Positions 1 through 9,808 are shown, counted from the stretch's first letter. The stretch: DNA of 64,000 nucleotides from Clostridia bacterium (GCA_900754085.1 CAAEBO010000057.1:7578-71577); one strand, 5' to 3'. Numbers and translations: made by a program. The notes: generated by a model not told the origin, from the letters alone.

Positions 1-456
1 TTTAGATTTTATAAAAATAAGATTGTTTCTATGTGGACAGATAATGCATTCCAATGTATATTTTATAATTTACCAGTTCATTTAGATGGTATGCCTAAAG
101 AATTATATGATAGCGCAATAAACGAAAATGAATTTTATAGTAATTATTTTGTAGAAAAAGGATCAGAACAAATAAAGATATATATGAAGGGAATAGTACT
201 TTTAGTATTTACATTAAGTTTAATAAATTTATTAAAGTATAAAAAAGAATTATCTAATGAAGCAATTTTAATGATAACGATATTTTTAGGAGGATTTTTC
301 TTCCATGTATTATGGGAAGCAAAATCAAGATATGTAATTCCTTATTTTGTAGTTCTTATTCCAATTGCATGTATAAGTTTGAATAAAGAAATATTAGATT
401 TTTCTATTATAAAAAGAATAAAAAATATTTTTAGAAAAAAGGAGAAAGTAAAATGA
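1..456 (+). CDS. C-terminal fragment of a polytopic membrane protein, possibly a GT-C type (PMT/ArnT-like) glycosyltransferase; the 5' end is outside the window
   Basis: Frame 1 is open from base 1. Hydrophobic helices are present (LLVFTLSLINLL, MITIFLGGFFFHVLWEAKSRYVIPYFVVLIPIA). The stop overlaps the next start (ATGA at 453-456). Confidence 0.45.
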   Translation, partial: FRFYKNKIVSMWTDNAFQCIFYNLPVHLDGMPKELYDSAINENEFYSNYFVEKGSEQIKIYMKGIVLLVFTLSLINLLKYKKELSNEAILMITIFLGGFFFHVLWEAKSRYVIPYFVVLIPIACISLNKEILDFSIIKRIKNIFRKKEKVK

Positions 457-1487
457 AATTGTTAATGCATACTTGTTGTGCACCTTGTAGTGTATATTGC
501 ATAGATTCGCTAAGAAAAGAAGGTATAGAGCCAACAGTATATTGGTATAACCCAAATATACACCCATATATAGAGTACAAGACAAGAAGAGACACATTAA
601 AAGAATATACTAAAAATATAAACGTTGAAGCTATTTTTGAAGAGGAATATGGACTAGATGAATTTTGCAAAAATGTAATAGGTGATCTTAAAAATAGATG
701 TCAAAATTATTGTTATAGGGTAAGATTAGAGCAAACTGCAAAGTTTGCAAAAGAACATGGCTTTGACACAATTTCTACAACTCTTTTGGTAAGCCCTTAC
801 CAAAAACATGAGATTTTAAAAGAACAAGGTGAAGAAATTGCTAAAAAATACGGATTAAATTTTTTATATAGGGATTTTAGAGTGGGATTTAGAGAAGGTC
901 AAAATAAAGCAAGAGAATTAGGTTTGTATATGCAAAAATACTGTGGATGTGTTTTTTCAGAGGAGATGAGATATTATAACCGCAATCCTATACAAACCAG
1001 TAATACCAATGGTTACGAGATACCCAAAGAACCTAGAATGCAGGTTAAAAAAATAGAAAATAAAGAAGATTATATAGACTTACTTTTAGAGGCAGATCCT
1101 TCAAAAGACATGATACATAAGTATTTGAACGATTCTGATGTATATGCATTAAAAAAAGAAGATGAGCTAATTTCTATTGCAGTTATTTTGCACATTGATA
1201 GAAAAACATTAGAATTAAAAAACATAGTTACAAAAGAAAATTACAGAAATAAAGGTTATGCAAAAACACTTTTAAAATCATTATGTGGTAATTATAAACA
1301 GAAATATGACAGAATGTTGGTAGGAACAACAGAGAATAATATTCCTTTCTATGTTAAGCAGGGATTTGATAAATATGAGAAAACAATTAAAAATTTCTTT
1401 ATAGATAATTATAAAGAAGAAATAAAAGATGGAGAATTAACTTGTACTGATTTAATATATTATTCAAAAGATTTAAAGAAAAAATAA
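453..1487 (+). CDS. queH: Epoxyqueuosine reductase QueH (DUF208) fused to a C-terminal GNAT-like acetyltransferase domain
   Basis: The N-terminus MHTCCAPCS and the later YCGCVFSE match the Cys motifs I remember for QueH. The last ~150 aa carry a GNAT motif-A-like segment (NYRNKGYAKTLLKSL ... FYVKQGF). Confidence 0.75.
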   Translation: MKLLMHTCCAPCSVYCIDSLRKEGIEPTVYWYNPNIHPYIEYKTRRDTLKEYTKNINVEAIFEEEYGLDEFCKNVIGDLKNRCQNYCYRVRLEQTAKFAKEHGFDTISTTLLVSPYQKHEILKEQGEEIAKKYGLNFLYRDFRVGFREGQNKARELGLYMQKYCGCVFSEEMRYYNRNPIQTSNTNGYEIPKEPRMQVKKIENKEDYIDLLLEADPSKDMIHKYLNDSDVYALKKEDELISIAVILHIDRKTLELKNIVTKENYRNKGYAKTLLKSLCGNYKQKYDRMLVGTTENNIPFYVKQGFDKYEKTIKNFFIDNYKEEIKDGELTCTDLIYYSKDLKKK

Positions 1488-1526
1488 AATATTATAGTTA
1501 TTGAAATAATATCTAACATATATAAG

Positions 1527-1557
1527 AAATCTAATAGAAATATTAGATTTTTTATTT
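1527..1557 (+). terminator. Rho-independent terminator after queH
   Basis: AAATCTAATA (1527-1536), GAAA loop, TATTAGATTT (1541-1550): a perfect 10 bp stem followed by TTTATTTT. Confidence 0.75.
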
Positions 1558-1587
1558 TGCCTTCAAAAAGGAAGGAGTAAAAAGAAA

Positions 1588-2211
1588 ATGAAAAAAAATG
1601 AAAACAACAAACCAAAAAATAATGAAAAAATTAAAAAAGAAACAGAAAAGATTAAAGAGATTATAAGAAAGGAGACAGGTATTTATATAAAGAAGATGAA
1701 CTCAAGAAACTTAAAGAAAGAATTTGAACAATTTTATTATATTATGGCATCAAATTATTATGAGTGTTTAACAGCAATAGGGTATTTAGATGAAATAGAA
1801 ACTGATTGCTTTGCTTGTATAAAAGATGATTACTTATCAGATTTTGTAAGGTCAATGAGTGCTATGATGAATAAAATATTTTGTGATGAAGAAAAAGACT
1901 TTTCAGATATAATGAATGGAATTATGAGAATGTTAATTTCTGAAGATAAAATTGTTAATATTATAAAAGACGATATACCTAATTGGGTAATATTAAGAAA
2001 AAAGATAAGACCAGGATTAGTAAATATTGTACCTTTATATGATAATTTAAATGAATACTATTTGAATTATTCATATAGTTATAATGTTCAAGAAGATATA
2101 AAACCTTTTATTGCAGGACTTAACAATTTATTTGGTAAATTAGCAGATGATGAGGAGTTTATATATGTTTCTACTCATTTACAAGATGATAAAGAAATAA
2201 CAGAGGAATAA
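1588..2211 (+). CDS. Hypothetical protein (Lys-rich N-terminus, no recognised domain)
   Basis: 207-codon ORF in very AT-rich DNA. GGAAGGAG Shine-Dalgarno upstream of the ATG. Confidence 0.6.
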   Translation: MKKNENNKPKNNEKIKKETEKIKEIIRKETGIYIKKMNSRNLKKEFEQFYYIMASNYYECLTAIGYLDEIETDCFACIKDDYLSDFVRSMSAMMNKIFCDEEKDFSDIMNGIMRMLISEDKIVNIIKDDIPNWVILRKKIRPGLVNIVPLYDNLNEYYLNYSYSYNVQEDIKPFIAGLNNLFGKLADDEEFIYVSTHLQDDKEITEE

Positions 2212-2271
2212 ATATTAAAGACAAGAGTTAGCTTTTAAGAGTTAGCTCTTTTTTTGAGGAAAGGAGCAAGA

Positions 2272-3097
2272 ATGGGAAAGTGTCAGATAATTGCAATAGC
2301 AAATCAAAAAGGTGGAGTTGGAAAAACAACAACTACATTTAGTTTAGGAGTTGCACTTAGTAAACAAGGAAAAAGAGTATTACTAATTGATGCAGATCCA
2401 CAACGGAGATTTAACTACTTGTATGGGTTACTATAATCAAGATGAATTGCAGAATACTATTGGAACATTAATGTCTGATACTATATGTGATAATGAAATA
2501 AATGCAGAAAATGCTATTCTTCATCATAAAGAAGGAGTAGATTTAATTCCTGCAAATTTAGATTTATCAGCAATAGAGTTTTCATTAGTTAATGCAATGA
2601 GCAGAGAGTTCACGCTTAAAAATTCTATAAGAGGTATTAAAGATAACTATGATTATGTATTGATAGATTGTATGCCATCTCTTGGAATGATAACAATAAA
2701 TGCTCTGGCTTGTAGTGATAAGATAATAATTCCAGTACAGGGAGAATATCTGGCTGCAAAAGGAATGGGACATTTATTAAAGACAGTTACGAGAGTGCAG
2801 AAACAAATAAATCCAAATTTGAAAATAGGTGGAGTATTACTTACATTAGTAGATAAAAGAACAAATTTATCAAAAGATGTAAGAGATACTTTAATCGACA
2901 ATTATGGACAATATGTGAAAATATATGGTGCTGAAATACCAAAAGCAATAAATACTGCAAAATCAACATCAACAGGAAAGAGTATATTTGAATTTGATAA
3001 AAATAGTCCTGTTGCAAACGCATACAATAATTTAGCAAAGGAGGTATTAGAGAATGAAAGAACAAGACAAAAAGATGGTACTTCCAAAGTTAGATGA
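2272..3097 (+). pseudogene. parA: ParA/Soj-family partition ATPase interrupted by a 1-nt frameshift near 2404
   Basis: ORF 2254-2436 encodes the Walker A region and DADPQ ([32 protein letters not shown]). The ParA sequence then continues in the next frame ([12 protein letters not shown] ... IIIPVQGEYLAAKG ...). CCA CAA c GGA GAT indicates one extra base at about 2404. Confidence 0.8.
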
Positions 3098-4004
3098 TTT
3101 ATTCACAAGTCAAGAACAAAGAGATAATCCAGTTGTTGATGAGGTAAAGGAAATAGAACTATATAAAATAGGAGAATTTCCAGACCACCCTTTTAGAGTT
3201 ATAGATGATGATAAAATGGAAGAAATGGTTAAAAGTGTAAAAGAACATGGAGTTTTATTACCTGTTATAGTAAGAAAACGAGGAGAAGGAAATTATCAAA
3301 TGATTTCTGGACATAGAAGAAAAAGAGCGTGTGAACTTGCAGGAATAGATAAAATAAAATGTATTGTTAAAGAATTAACTGATGATGAGGCAACAATTCT
3401 TATGGTAGATAGTAATATTCAAAGAGAAGAAATATTGCCTAGTGAAAAAGCATTTGCATATAAAATGAAACTTGAAGCTATGAAACATCAGGGGAAAAGA
3501 GTTGATTTAGAAGAAAACGAAACTTCCGACCCAATGGGTTGGAAGTTAGAAAGTGCTAATAAATTAGGAAAAGAAGTAGGAGAAAGTATGACTAATATAA
3601 GAAGATATATTCGACTTACTTATTTAATACCAGAATTATTAGAACAAGTTGATAACAAAAGAATAGCTTTTAGACCAGCAGTAGAATTATCATATTTAAG
3701 TGAAGAAAATCAATATGTTGTAGAAAATATATTTGAATTTGATGAGGTAACACCTTCTTTAAGTCAAGCAATAAGATTAAAGAAATTAGAACAAGAAGGA
3801 AACCTAACAGAAGAAAAAATAGAAGAAATACTGCAACAGGAAAAGCCAAATCAAAAAGAATATATAAAGATACACAATGAAAAGATAGAAAAATATATTC
3901 CAAGTAGAGTAAAAGAATCTGGAAATGTTGAAGATTTTATTATTCAATGTGTGCAAGATTATATTAGGCGAGAACGAATAAAACAAGAAAGAAATTCCAG
4001 ATAG
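3054..4004 (+). CDS. parB: ParB/Spo0J-like N-terminal-domain protein of mobile elements
   Basis: ISGHRRKRACELAGIDKIKCIVKELTDDEATILMVDSNIQRE contains the GHRR ParB box. GGAGG Shine-Dalgarno. Overlaps the parA 3' end. Confidence 0.85.
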   Translation: MKEQDKKMVLPKLDDLFTSQEQRDNPVVDEVKEIELYKIGEFPDHPFRVIDDDKMEEMVKSVKEHGVLLPVIVRKRGEGNYQMISGHRRKRACELAGIDKIKCIVKELTDDEATILMVDSNIQREEILPSEKAFAYKMKLEAMKHQGKRVDLEENETSDPMGWKLESANKLGKEVGESMTNIRRYIRLTYLIPELLEQVDNKRIAFRPAVELSYLSEENQYVVENIFEFDEVTPSLSQAIRLKKLEQEGNLTEEKIEEILQQEKPNQKEYIKIHNEKIEKYIPSRVKESGNVEDFIIQCVQDYIRRERIKQERNSR

Positions 4005-4213
4005 TGTGTGAACAAAATTAGATATATTTAGTTATATTTGTTTGTGTGAACACTTTACAAAGTTTTCCCTTACAATCCCTTTTAAATACATACTATATTA
4101 CAAACTAAAAGATAATTATTATATTTAATTTATAAAAATAATATAAATAATAAATTACATATTTGTTTTTATCTAAAAAAAGCATATAATTAAGCTATAA
4201 GGAGATGGTAGTA

Positions 4214-4909
4214 ATGAAGAGTAAAAAGATATTAGTTTTAATAATTATAGCCTTAATAGTGGCATTATTTGCGAATATGATGATTATAAAATCAAAGAAA
4301 TTAAGTTTAAGTAAAATAGAAAATGAGAAAGAGATTGTAACTGAAATAAATAATATTGATGACGAAGAAAAAGAAGATATTGAAGTGATTGTTGTTGAAA
4401 ACAATACAGAAGAACAAGAGATTGAAGAAAAAACACATTTAGAAGCGGATATTGTAAAAGTTAATAATACAAGTATTCAAGAAGAACCAAAGAAAAATCA
4501 AACTATTAGACAAGAGAATATAGCAAAAAATACTAATAAAAATGAAGAATCTAAAACTATTGAAAATGATGTTATAAAAAAAGAACAAATGTCTAATACG
4601 GTATTGGAAAATAATGCAAATGATAATAGAGAAAATAACGATGAAGATACGAATGGAACAAGAGTACAAGAAGAGAAAAAAAGTAAAGATAAAGTTACAA
4701 AAGAGCCTACACCAAGTGATTTAGCTTATTGGTGTGCAGAGGGTGGAACTCACCATATTGCAGGAGATGGGGCAAATGAACATGGATATTATTCGAGTTG
4801 GAATGAAGCTCAAATTGCTTTTGAAAATTATACAAAAGGATGGCCTTCTGTTCAATACAAAATAAGTCAATGTTTGTGTGGAAAATACTATTTCTGGGCA
4901 ATAAAATAA
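4214..4909 (+). CDS. Membrane-anchored hypothetical protein with an acidic/Lys-rich linker and a Cys/His-containing C-terminal domain
   Basis: N-terminal TM helix (ILVLIIIALIVALFANMMII). ATG 4214 is better spaced from GGAG (4201-4204) than ATG 4205. C-terminus: AYWCAEGGTHHIAGDGANEHGYYSSWNEAQ...QCLCGKYYFWAIK. Confidence 0.6.
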   Translation: MKSKKILVLIIIALIVALFANMMIIKSKKLSLSKIENEKEIVTEINNIDDEEKEDIEVIVVENNTEEQEIEEKTHLEADIVKVNNTSIQEEPKKNQTIRQENIAKNTNKNEESKTIENDVIKKEQMSNTVLENNANDNRENNDEDTNGTRVQEEKKSKDKVTKEPTPSDLAYWCAEGGTHHIAGDGANEHGYYSSWNEAQIAFENYTKGWPSVQYKISQCLCGKYYFWAIK

Positions 4910-4987
4910 AATTAAATTAAATAAATTATATTTATAAGCTTTAATTTTTTAGTTAAGGCTTATTTTTTATGAAAGGATGATAAAAAT

Positions 4988-7900
4988 ATGAAAAGTAAAA
5001 CAAAGAAATTTATGGCAATTATATGTTTAGCATTATTGCTATTAACATCTTTGCCAATTAATACTTTTGCAGCATTTATTACTGATATGAATTCAAATGC
5101 ACAATTTGGTGTAATATCAGGAAGTTTAGCAAAAGTAGGACACGAATTACATTATGCTACTTATGATGGTCAAACTTATATAGCTTTTTGTTGTCAAAAG
5201 GGTGTAAAATCTCCTAACGGAAGTGAATATACTTTCAACGGAGATTTTTATGTTCAATATAAACAAAACTTACCACAATACGAGAAAATAGCTGAAATGA
5301 TATATTTTGGTTATACTATGAAATATGGTTTAGGGTTACCATCATCAGATGAAGCATATAGAGCAGCATGTTGTACTCAACAATATGTATGGGAGTATAT
5401 ACATAACAATATAAATAGTTCATTTGATGCATTCCCAAGAGATTCATGGAATGGAAATTTCATGTCATCAGGACACTATGCTAATTGGGTAGCAGAAGCT
5501 GAAGGATATTATAATCAGTATCATGGAAATACATCTTTTAATGGTTCAACACAAAGTGTTGCTATTGGAGATAGAAAAGTGATAACAGATAATAATGGAA
5601 AATTATCAGCATATCAATCATTTTCACAATCAAAAGATGGAGTAACATTTAGCCATACACAAGGAAGTAATGATTTAGTAATAACAATATCTGATAATTG
5701 TAATGTAGAAAATGTAACATTTAATTCAAGAGAATATGGGCTATATCAATTAATGCCAAATGGAAGTGCATATAATAGTTCTACAATGTCAAATTATATG
5801 TATTTTACATTTACTTCAGGTAGTGTTCAAAACTTAATATTTTCTAACTATGTTGATCCATCAGCATTTAGTGTTTCAGTTCATGTTGAAAGTGGAAAAA
5901 TAGAAATTAGAAAAACAAATAATATGGGAAATGCAGTTTCAGATTGTGTTTTTGGTCTATATAGAAATAATGAATGTACTGATTTAGTAAAGAAAGCAAA
6001 TACAAATAATGAAGGTAAAATTTTAATTGAAAAACTAAAACCTGGTACATATTTTGTAAAAGAAGAATCAGTTGCTAGTGGTTATTTATTAGATACAAGT
6101 ATTCAAAGAGTTAATGTAGCAGGTGGTCAAACAGCTAGTGTAACATTTAAAAATAACGAACCTACTGGACAAATAAAGATTTATAAAGTAAGTACAAATA
6201 ATGATAAAATAGCAGGAGCAGAATTTGAAGTAAAGGCAAATGAAGATATATATAATGTTGCGAAAACTAAAAAGTTCTATTCTAAAGGACAAGTAGTTGC
6301 TAAAATAACATCTAATTCAGATGGTGTCGCAACATTAAGTGATATTCCAGTAGGTAAATATATAGTTTATGAAACACAAGCACCTAAAGGATATTTATTA
6401 AATGAAACAATATTTAATGCTAATATTCAATATGTTAATTCTACTACACCAGTTATAGAATTAAAAATTGAAGGAGTAGTTGATACAGAGCCAAAAGGTT
6501 CTATTGAAATAATTAAAAAAGATAGTGAAACAGGAAGCATGGCACAAGGAGATGCTACACTAGAAAATGCAGTTTATAAAGTATTTGCTAATGAAGATAT
6601 ATACAATGTAGCTAAAAGTAAAAAGTATTATTCAAAAGGAGATTTAGTAGCAACAAGAACTATGGATAAATTCGGTAATACAACTCCTGTTGAAGATTTA
6701 CCACTTGGAAAATATATTGTAAAAGAAGATAAAGCTTCAGTTGGTTATTTATTAGATAAAACTGAATACCCAGTAAATTTAGAGTACAAAGACCAACACA
6801 CAAAAGTTATAGCAAATAAGACTACAAGTAATGAAGATGTAAAGAAAATGGGAGTTCACATCTTTAAATCTGGAATAAAAGTAAATTCAGGAGAAACACC
6901 AGGACTTGAAGGTGCAGAATTTACAATAAAATTAAATTCAGCTGTAGAAAGAGCATATTCACAAGGATATACTTATGCTGAAGTATGGAATGGTGTTGAT
7001 GAAAACGGAAATAAAGTTAATGTCGATACTAAAAGAGTAGCAGAGGCTCAAAAAATAGCTCCTACTTATGATGTATTAGTAACTGACAAAGATGGTAATG
7101 CATACACACAAAAGAACTTACCTTATGGTAAATATATCGTTAAGGAAACAGTTACACCAAAAGATTATGAAAGTGCAAGTGATTTCTATTTTTCTATTAC
7201 TCAAGACGAAAGTGAAATAAAAGAAATACCACAAAAAACAAAACATATTGTTGTTAATAATGAACAATTAGAAGCATATATAAAGTTAATCAAAAAAGAT
7301 TTAAAAACTGGAAAAGTTGTTACATTGACAAGTACAACCTTTGAAATAAAAGCTGAAAAAGATATTTACGATAGAGCAACAGGAAAAATAATATGGAAAA
7401 AAGGAGAATCAATTTCACAAAAAATTGGTAGTACAACATATACTTCATTTACAACAAATGCAGATAATATGATAGTACCAGATAAAAGCTTTACTAATAA
7501 CAAAGATGATAAAGGTTCAGTTGTTACTCCTTTACAATTACCAGTTGGAAGTTATGCAATTTATGAAATAAAAACTCCAAAAGGTTTCTTACAATTAGAA
7601 AAACCAGTTACTTTTGAAATAAAAGGAATAAGAGATTATGATAAAGATCAAGATGAAGATTTTATTAAAGAAGTTTTAATGAAAAATGAACAACCTACAG
7701 GCACTTTAATTATAAATAAAACAATAGCATTAAGAGAAGATGCTGACACATCATTGGTTGATACCTCTGATTTATCAGGTATTGAATTCAAACTTACTGC
7801 AAAAGAAGATATTATTGATTATGCAGATGGAAGCAAAATATATACTAAAGGTCAAGAAATAAAGAAATATAATTTGGATAAAAAAGGTAATTTAAAAGTT

Positions 7901-9520
7901 GATAATTTACCTATGGGAACTTATGAATTAGAGGAAACAAAAACTTTAGACGGATTAGTTTTAAATTGGACTAAATATGAAGTAAAATTTGAACAAAAAG
8001 ACTTAACAACAAAGGTATATGAAGATATTAAAGATATATCTAATGATACAACAATGTTTGAATTTTCTAAAAAATCTGTAACAGGAGATGATGAACTTGA
8101 AGGTGCAAAATTATCTGTTATTGATGAAAATAATAAAGTTGTTGATACATGGACATCTACTAAAAAGACTCATAAAATAGAGGGCTTGGTAGTTGGAAAA
8201 ACTTATAAATTAAAAGAAGAAATTGCACCTGATGGATATGTAAGAGCTTCTACAATAGAATTTAAAGTTGAAAGTACAACAAAAGTACAACAAGTTAAAA
8301 TGATAGATAAAATAGTAACAATGACAAAAGCAGATATAGGTGGAAAAGAAATTGAGGGTGCAGAAATTGTTGTTACTGATAAAGACGGAAATGTAATCGA
8401 TAGTTGGACATCTACAAAAGAAAGTCATAACATAAATGGACTAGAAGAAGGTAAAAAATATATTTTACATGAAGAATATGCTCCTGATGGATATGTTGTA
8501 GCAACAGATGTTGAATTTGAAGTTACAAATAAAAAAGATATTCAAAAAGTTGAAATGATAGACAAAATAGTTGAGATGAGAAAAATTGATATTGCAGGAA
8601 AAGAAATTGAAGGTGCAACAATTCAAGTATTAGATAAAGACAACAAAGTAGTTGATGAGTGGGTATCTGGTAAAGAACCACACAAAATCAAAAATTTAGT
8701 TGAGGGAGAAACTTATACATTACATGAAGAAATAGTTGCAGATTCTTATGTAAAAGCAACTGATGTTGTGTTTATTGTAACACCAGATAAAGAAACACAA
8801 AAAGTAGTTATGATTGATAAATTAGTAGAAATAACAAAAACAGATATAACTAATGGAAACGAATTAGAGGGTGCAGAATTAGAAGTAACAGATGAAGATG
8901 GTAATACAATAGATAAATGGACATCAACTAAGGAACCTCATAAAGTAAAAGGTTTAGAGGAAGGTAAAACATATATCTTAAAAGAAACTACTGCTCCTTA
9001 TGGTTATGAAATTACTGAAGAAATAAAATTCACAGTAACAACTGACAAAGAAACTCAAAAAATAGAAATGAAAGATATGCCAATACTAAAAAATGTAAAG
9101 GTAATTAAGATTGATACTGAAACAAAAGAAGTTATTAAAGATAAATTCATATTTGCAATATACGAAGATCCAGAATGTACAAAACTTATTAAAGAGGTTA
9201 AATCTAATTCAGAAGATGGAACAGTTTTATTTGAAGAATTAAGATATGGAACATATTACATTAAAGAAATAAAAGCACCAAAAGATTATGAATTATCAAA
9301 CAAAATTGTTAAAGTTGAAATCAATGACAAAGGTATATTTGTAGATGATACACAAGTAGAAGAAACTGAAAATACAATAGAATTTACATTTGAAAATAAA
9401 AAGATAGAAGTTCCTAAAACAGGAGTTGAAAGCAAAATAAAATTATTTGCTAGTGCAATAATTCTATCTTTACTAGGAATAGCTTATATAATTAAGCGTA
9501 AACAAAATAAAGATAAATAA
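4988..9520 (+). CDS. Cell-wall-anchored (LPXTG-type, VPKTG) surface adhesin with a putative N-terminal thioester domain and many SpaA/Cna-B-like Ig-fold repeats
   Basis: Signal peptide (MKSKTKKFMAIICLALLLLTSLPINTFA). FCCQ (aa 67-70) and TQQYVWEY (aa 130-137) resemble thioester-domain Cys and TQxxxW motifs. Repeated GxY.v.E...P.GY modules. C-terminal VPKTG, hydrophobic helix and KRKQNKDK tail. Confidence 0.8.
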   Translation: MKSKTKKFMAIICLALLLLTSLPINTFAAFITDMNSNAQFGVISGSLAKVGHELHYATYDGQTYIAFCCQKGVKSPNGSEYTFNGDFYVQYKQNLPQYEKIAEMIYFGYTMKYGLGLPSSDEAYRAACCTQQYVWEYIHNNINSSFDAFPRDSWNGNFMSSGHYANWVAEAEGYYNQYHGNTSFNGSTQSVAIGDRKVITDNNGKLSAYQSFSQSKDGVTFSHTQGSNDLVITISDNCNVENVTFNSREYGLYQLMPNGSAYNSSTMSNYMYFTFTSGSVQNLIFSNYVDPSAFSVSVHVESGKIEIRKTNNMGNAVSDCVFGLYRNNECTDLVKKANTNNEGKILIEKLKPGTYFVKEESVASGYLLDTSIQRVNVAGGQTASVTFKNNEPTGQIKIYKVSTNNDKIAGAEFEVKANEDIYNVAKTKKFYSKGQVVAKITSNSDGVATLSDIPVGKYIVYETQAPKGYLLNETIFNANIQYVNSTTPVIELKIEGVVDTEPKGSIEIIKKDSETGSMAQGDATLENAVYKVFANEDIYNVAKSKKYYSKGDLVATRTMDKFGNTTPVEDLPLGKYIVKEDKASVGYLLDKTEYPVNLEYKDQHTKVIANKTTSNEDVKKMGVHIFKSGIKVNSGETPGLEGAEFTIKLNSAVERAYSQGYTYAEVWNGVDENGNKVNVDTKRVAEAQKIAPTYDVLVTDKDGNAYTQKNLPYGKYIVKETVTPKDYESASDFYFSITQDESEIKEIPQKTKHIVVNNEQLEAYIKLIKKDLKTGKVVTLTSTTFEIKAEKDIYDRATGKIIWKKGESISQKIGSTTYTSFTTNADNMIVPDKSFTNNKDDKGSVVTPLQLPVGSYAIYEIKTPKGFLQLEKPVTFEIKGIRDYDKDQDEDFIKEVLMKNEQPTGTLIINKTIALREDADTSLVDTSDLSGIEFKLTAKEDIIDYADGSKIYTKGQEIKKYNLDKKGNLKVDNLPMGTYELEETKTLDGLVLNWTKYEVKFEQKDLTTKVYEDIKDISNDTTMFEFSKKSVTGDDELEGAKLSVIDENNKVVDTWTSTKKTHKIEGLVVGKTYKLKEEIAPDGYVRASTIEFKVESTTKVQQVKMIDKIVTMTKADIGGKEIEGAEIVVTDKDGNVIDSWTSTKESHNINGLEEGKKYILHEEYAPDGYVVATDVEFEVTNKKDIQKVEMIDKIVEMRKIDIAGKEIEGATIQVLDKDNKVVDEWVSGKEPHKIKNLVEGETYTLHEEIVADSYVKATDVVFIVTPDKETQKVVMIDKLVEITKTDITNGNELEGAELEVTDEDGNTIDKWTSTKEPHKVKGLEEGKTYILKETTAPYGYEITEEIKFTVTTDKETQKIEMKDMPILKNVKVIKIDTETKEVIKDKFIFAIYEDPECTKLIKEVKSNSEDGTVLFEELRYGTYYIKEIKAPKDYELSNKIVKVEINDKGIFVDDTQVEETENTIEFTFENKKIEVPKTGVESKIKLFASAIILSLLGIAYIIKRKQNKDK
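8057..9090 (+). repeat. Four tandem ~258-nt (~86-aa) domain repeats inside the adhesin gene
   Basis: Units have the form ...EL/IEGA.L.V.D.....VD.WTSTKE.HK..GL.EGK.Y.L.E..AP.GY......EF.V......Q.V.M.D. Confidence 0.7.
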
Positions 9521-9528
9521 TAAATGAC

Positions 9529-9556
9529 GGAGAGCTAGATTATTAGCTCTTTTTAA
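9529..9556 (+). terminator. Terminator after the adhesin gene
   Basis: AGAGCTA (9531-9537), GATTAT loop, TAGCTCT (9544-9550), followed by a T run. Confidence 0.65.
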
Positions 9557-9580
9557 TTTGTTAAAAATAGGAGGTGTGAA

Positions 9581-9808
9581 ATGCCTAGAAAAAGAAACTT
9601 AAGAATGGAAACATATAACAAGTTAATAAGTATTGGAAAATCAACAGAAAAAGATATTTCAAATTTAAAAATAGAAGATTTAAAAGAAATAACGAAAGAC
9701 CCTGATGTTTTGAATATTATTGCTTTACGAGAGTTTATTAAAGAACATAATACAATAGGGTATTTCAATTATCAAGAAACGAGAAAGGAGGAAACCGATG
9801 GCGAATAA
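9581..9808 (+). CDS. Small hypothetical protein, apparently translationally coupled to the polyvalent protein gene
   Basis: AGGAGG Shine-Dalgarno. 75 codons. The 3' end overlaps the start of the next gene by 11 nt. Confidence 0.55.
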   Translation: MPRKRNLRMETYNKLISIGKSTEKDISNLKIEDLKEITKDPDVLNIIALREFIKEHNTIGYFNYQETRKEETDGE

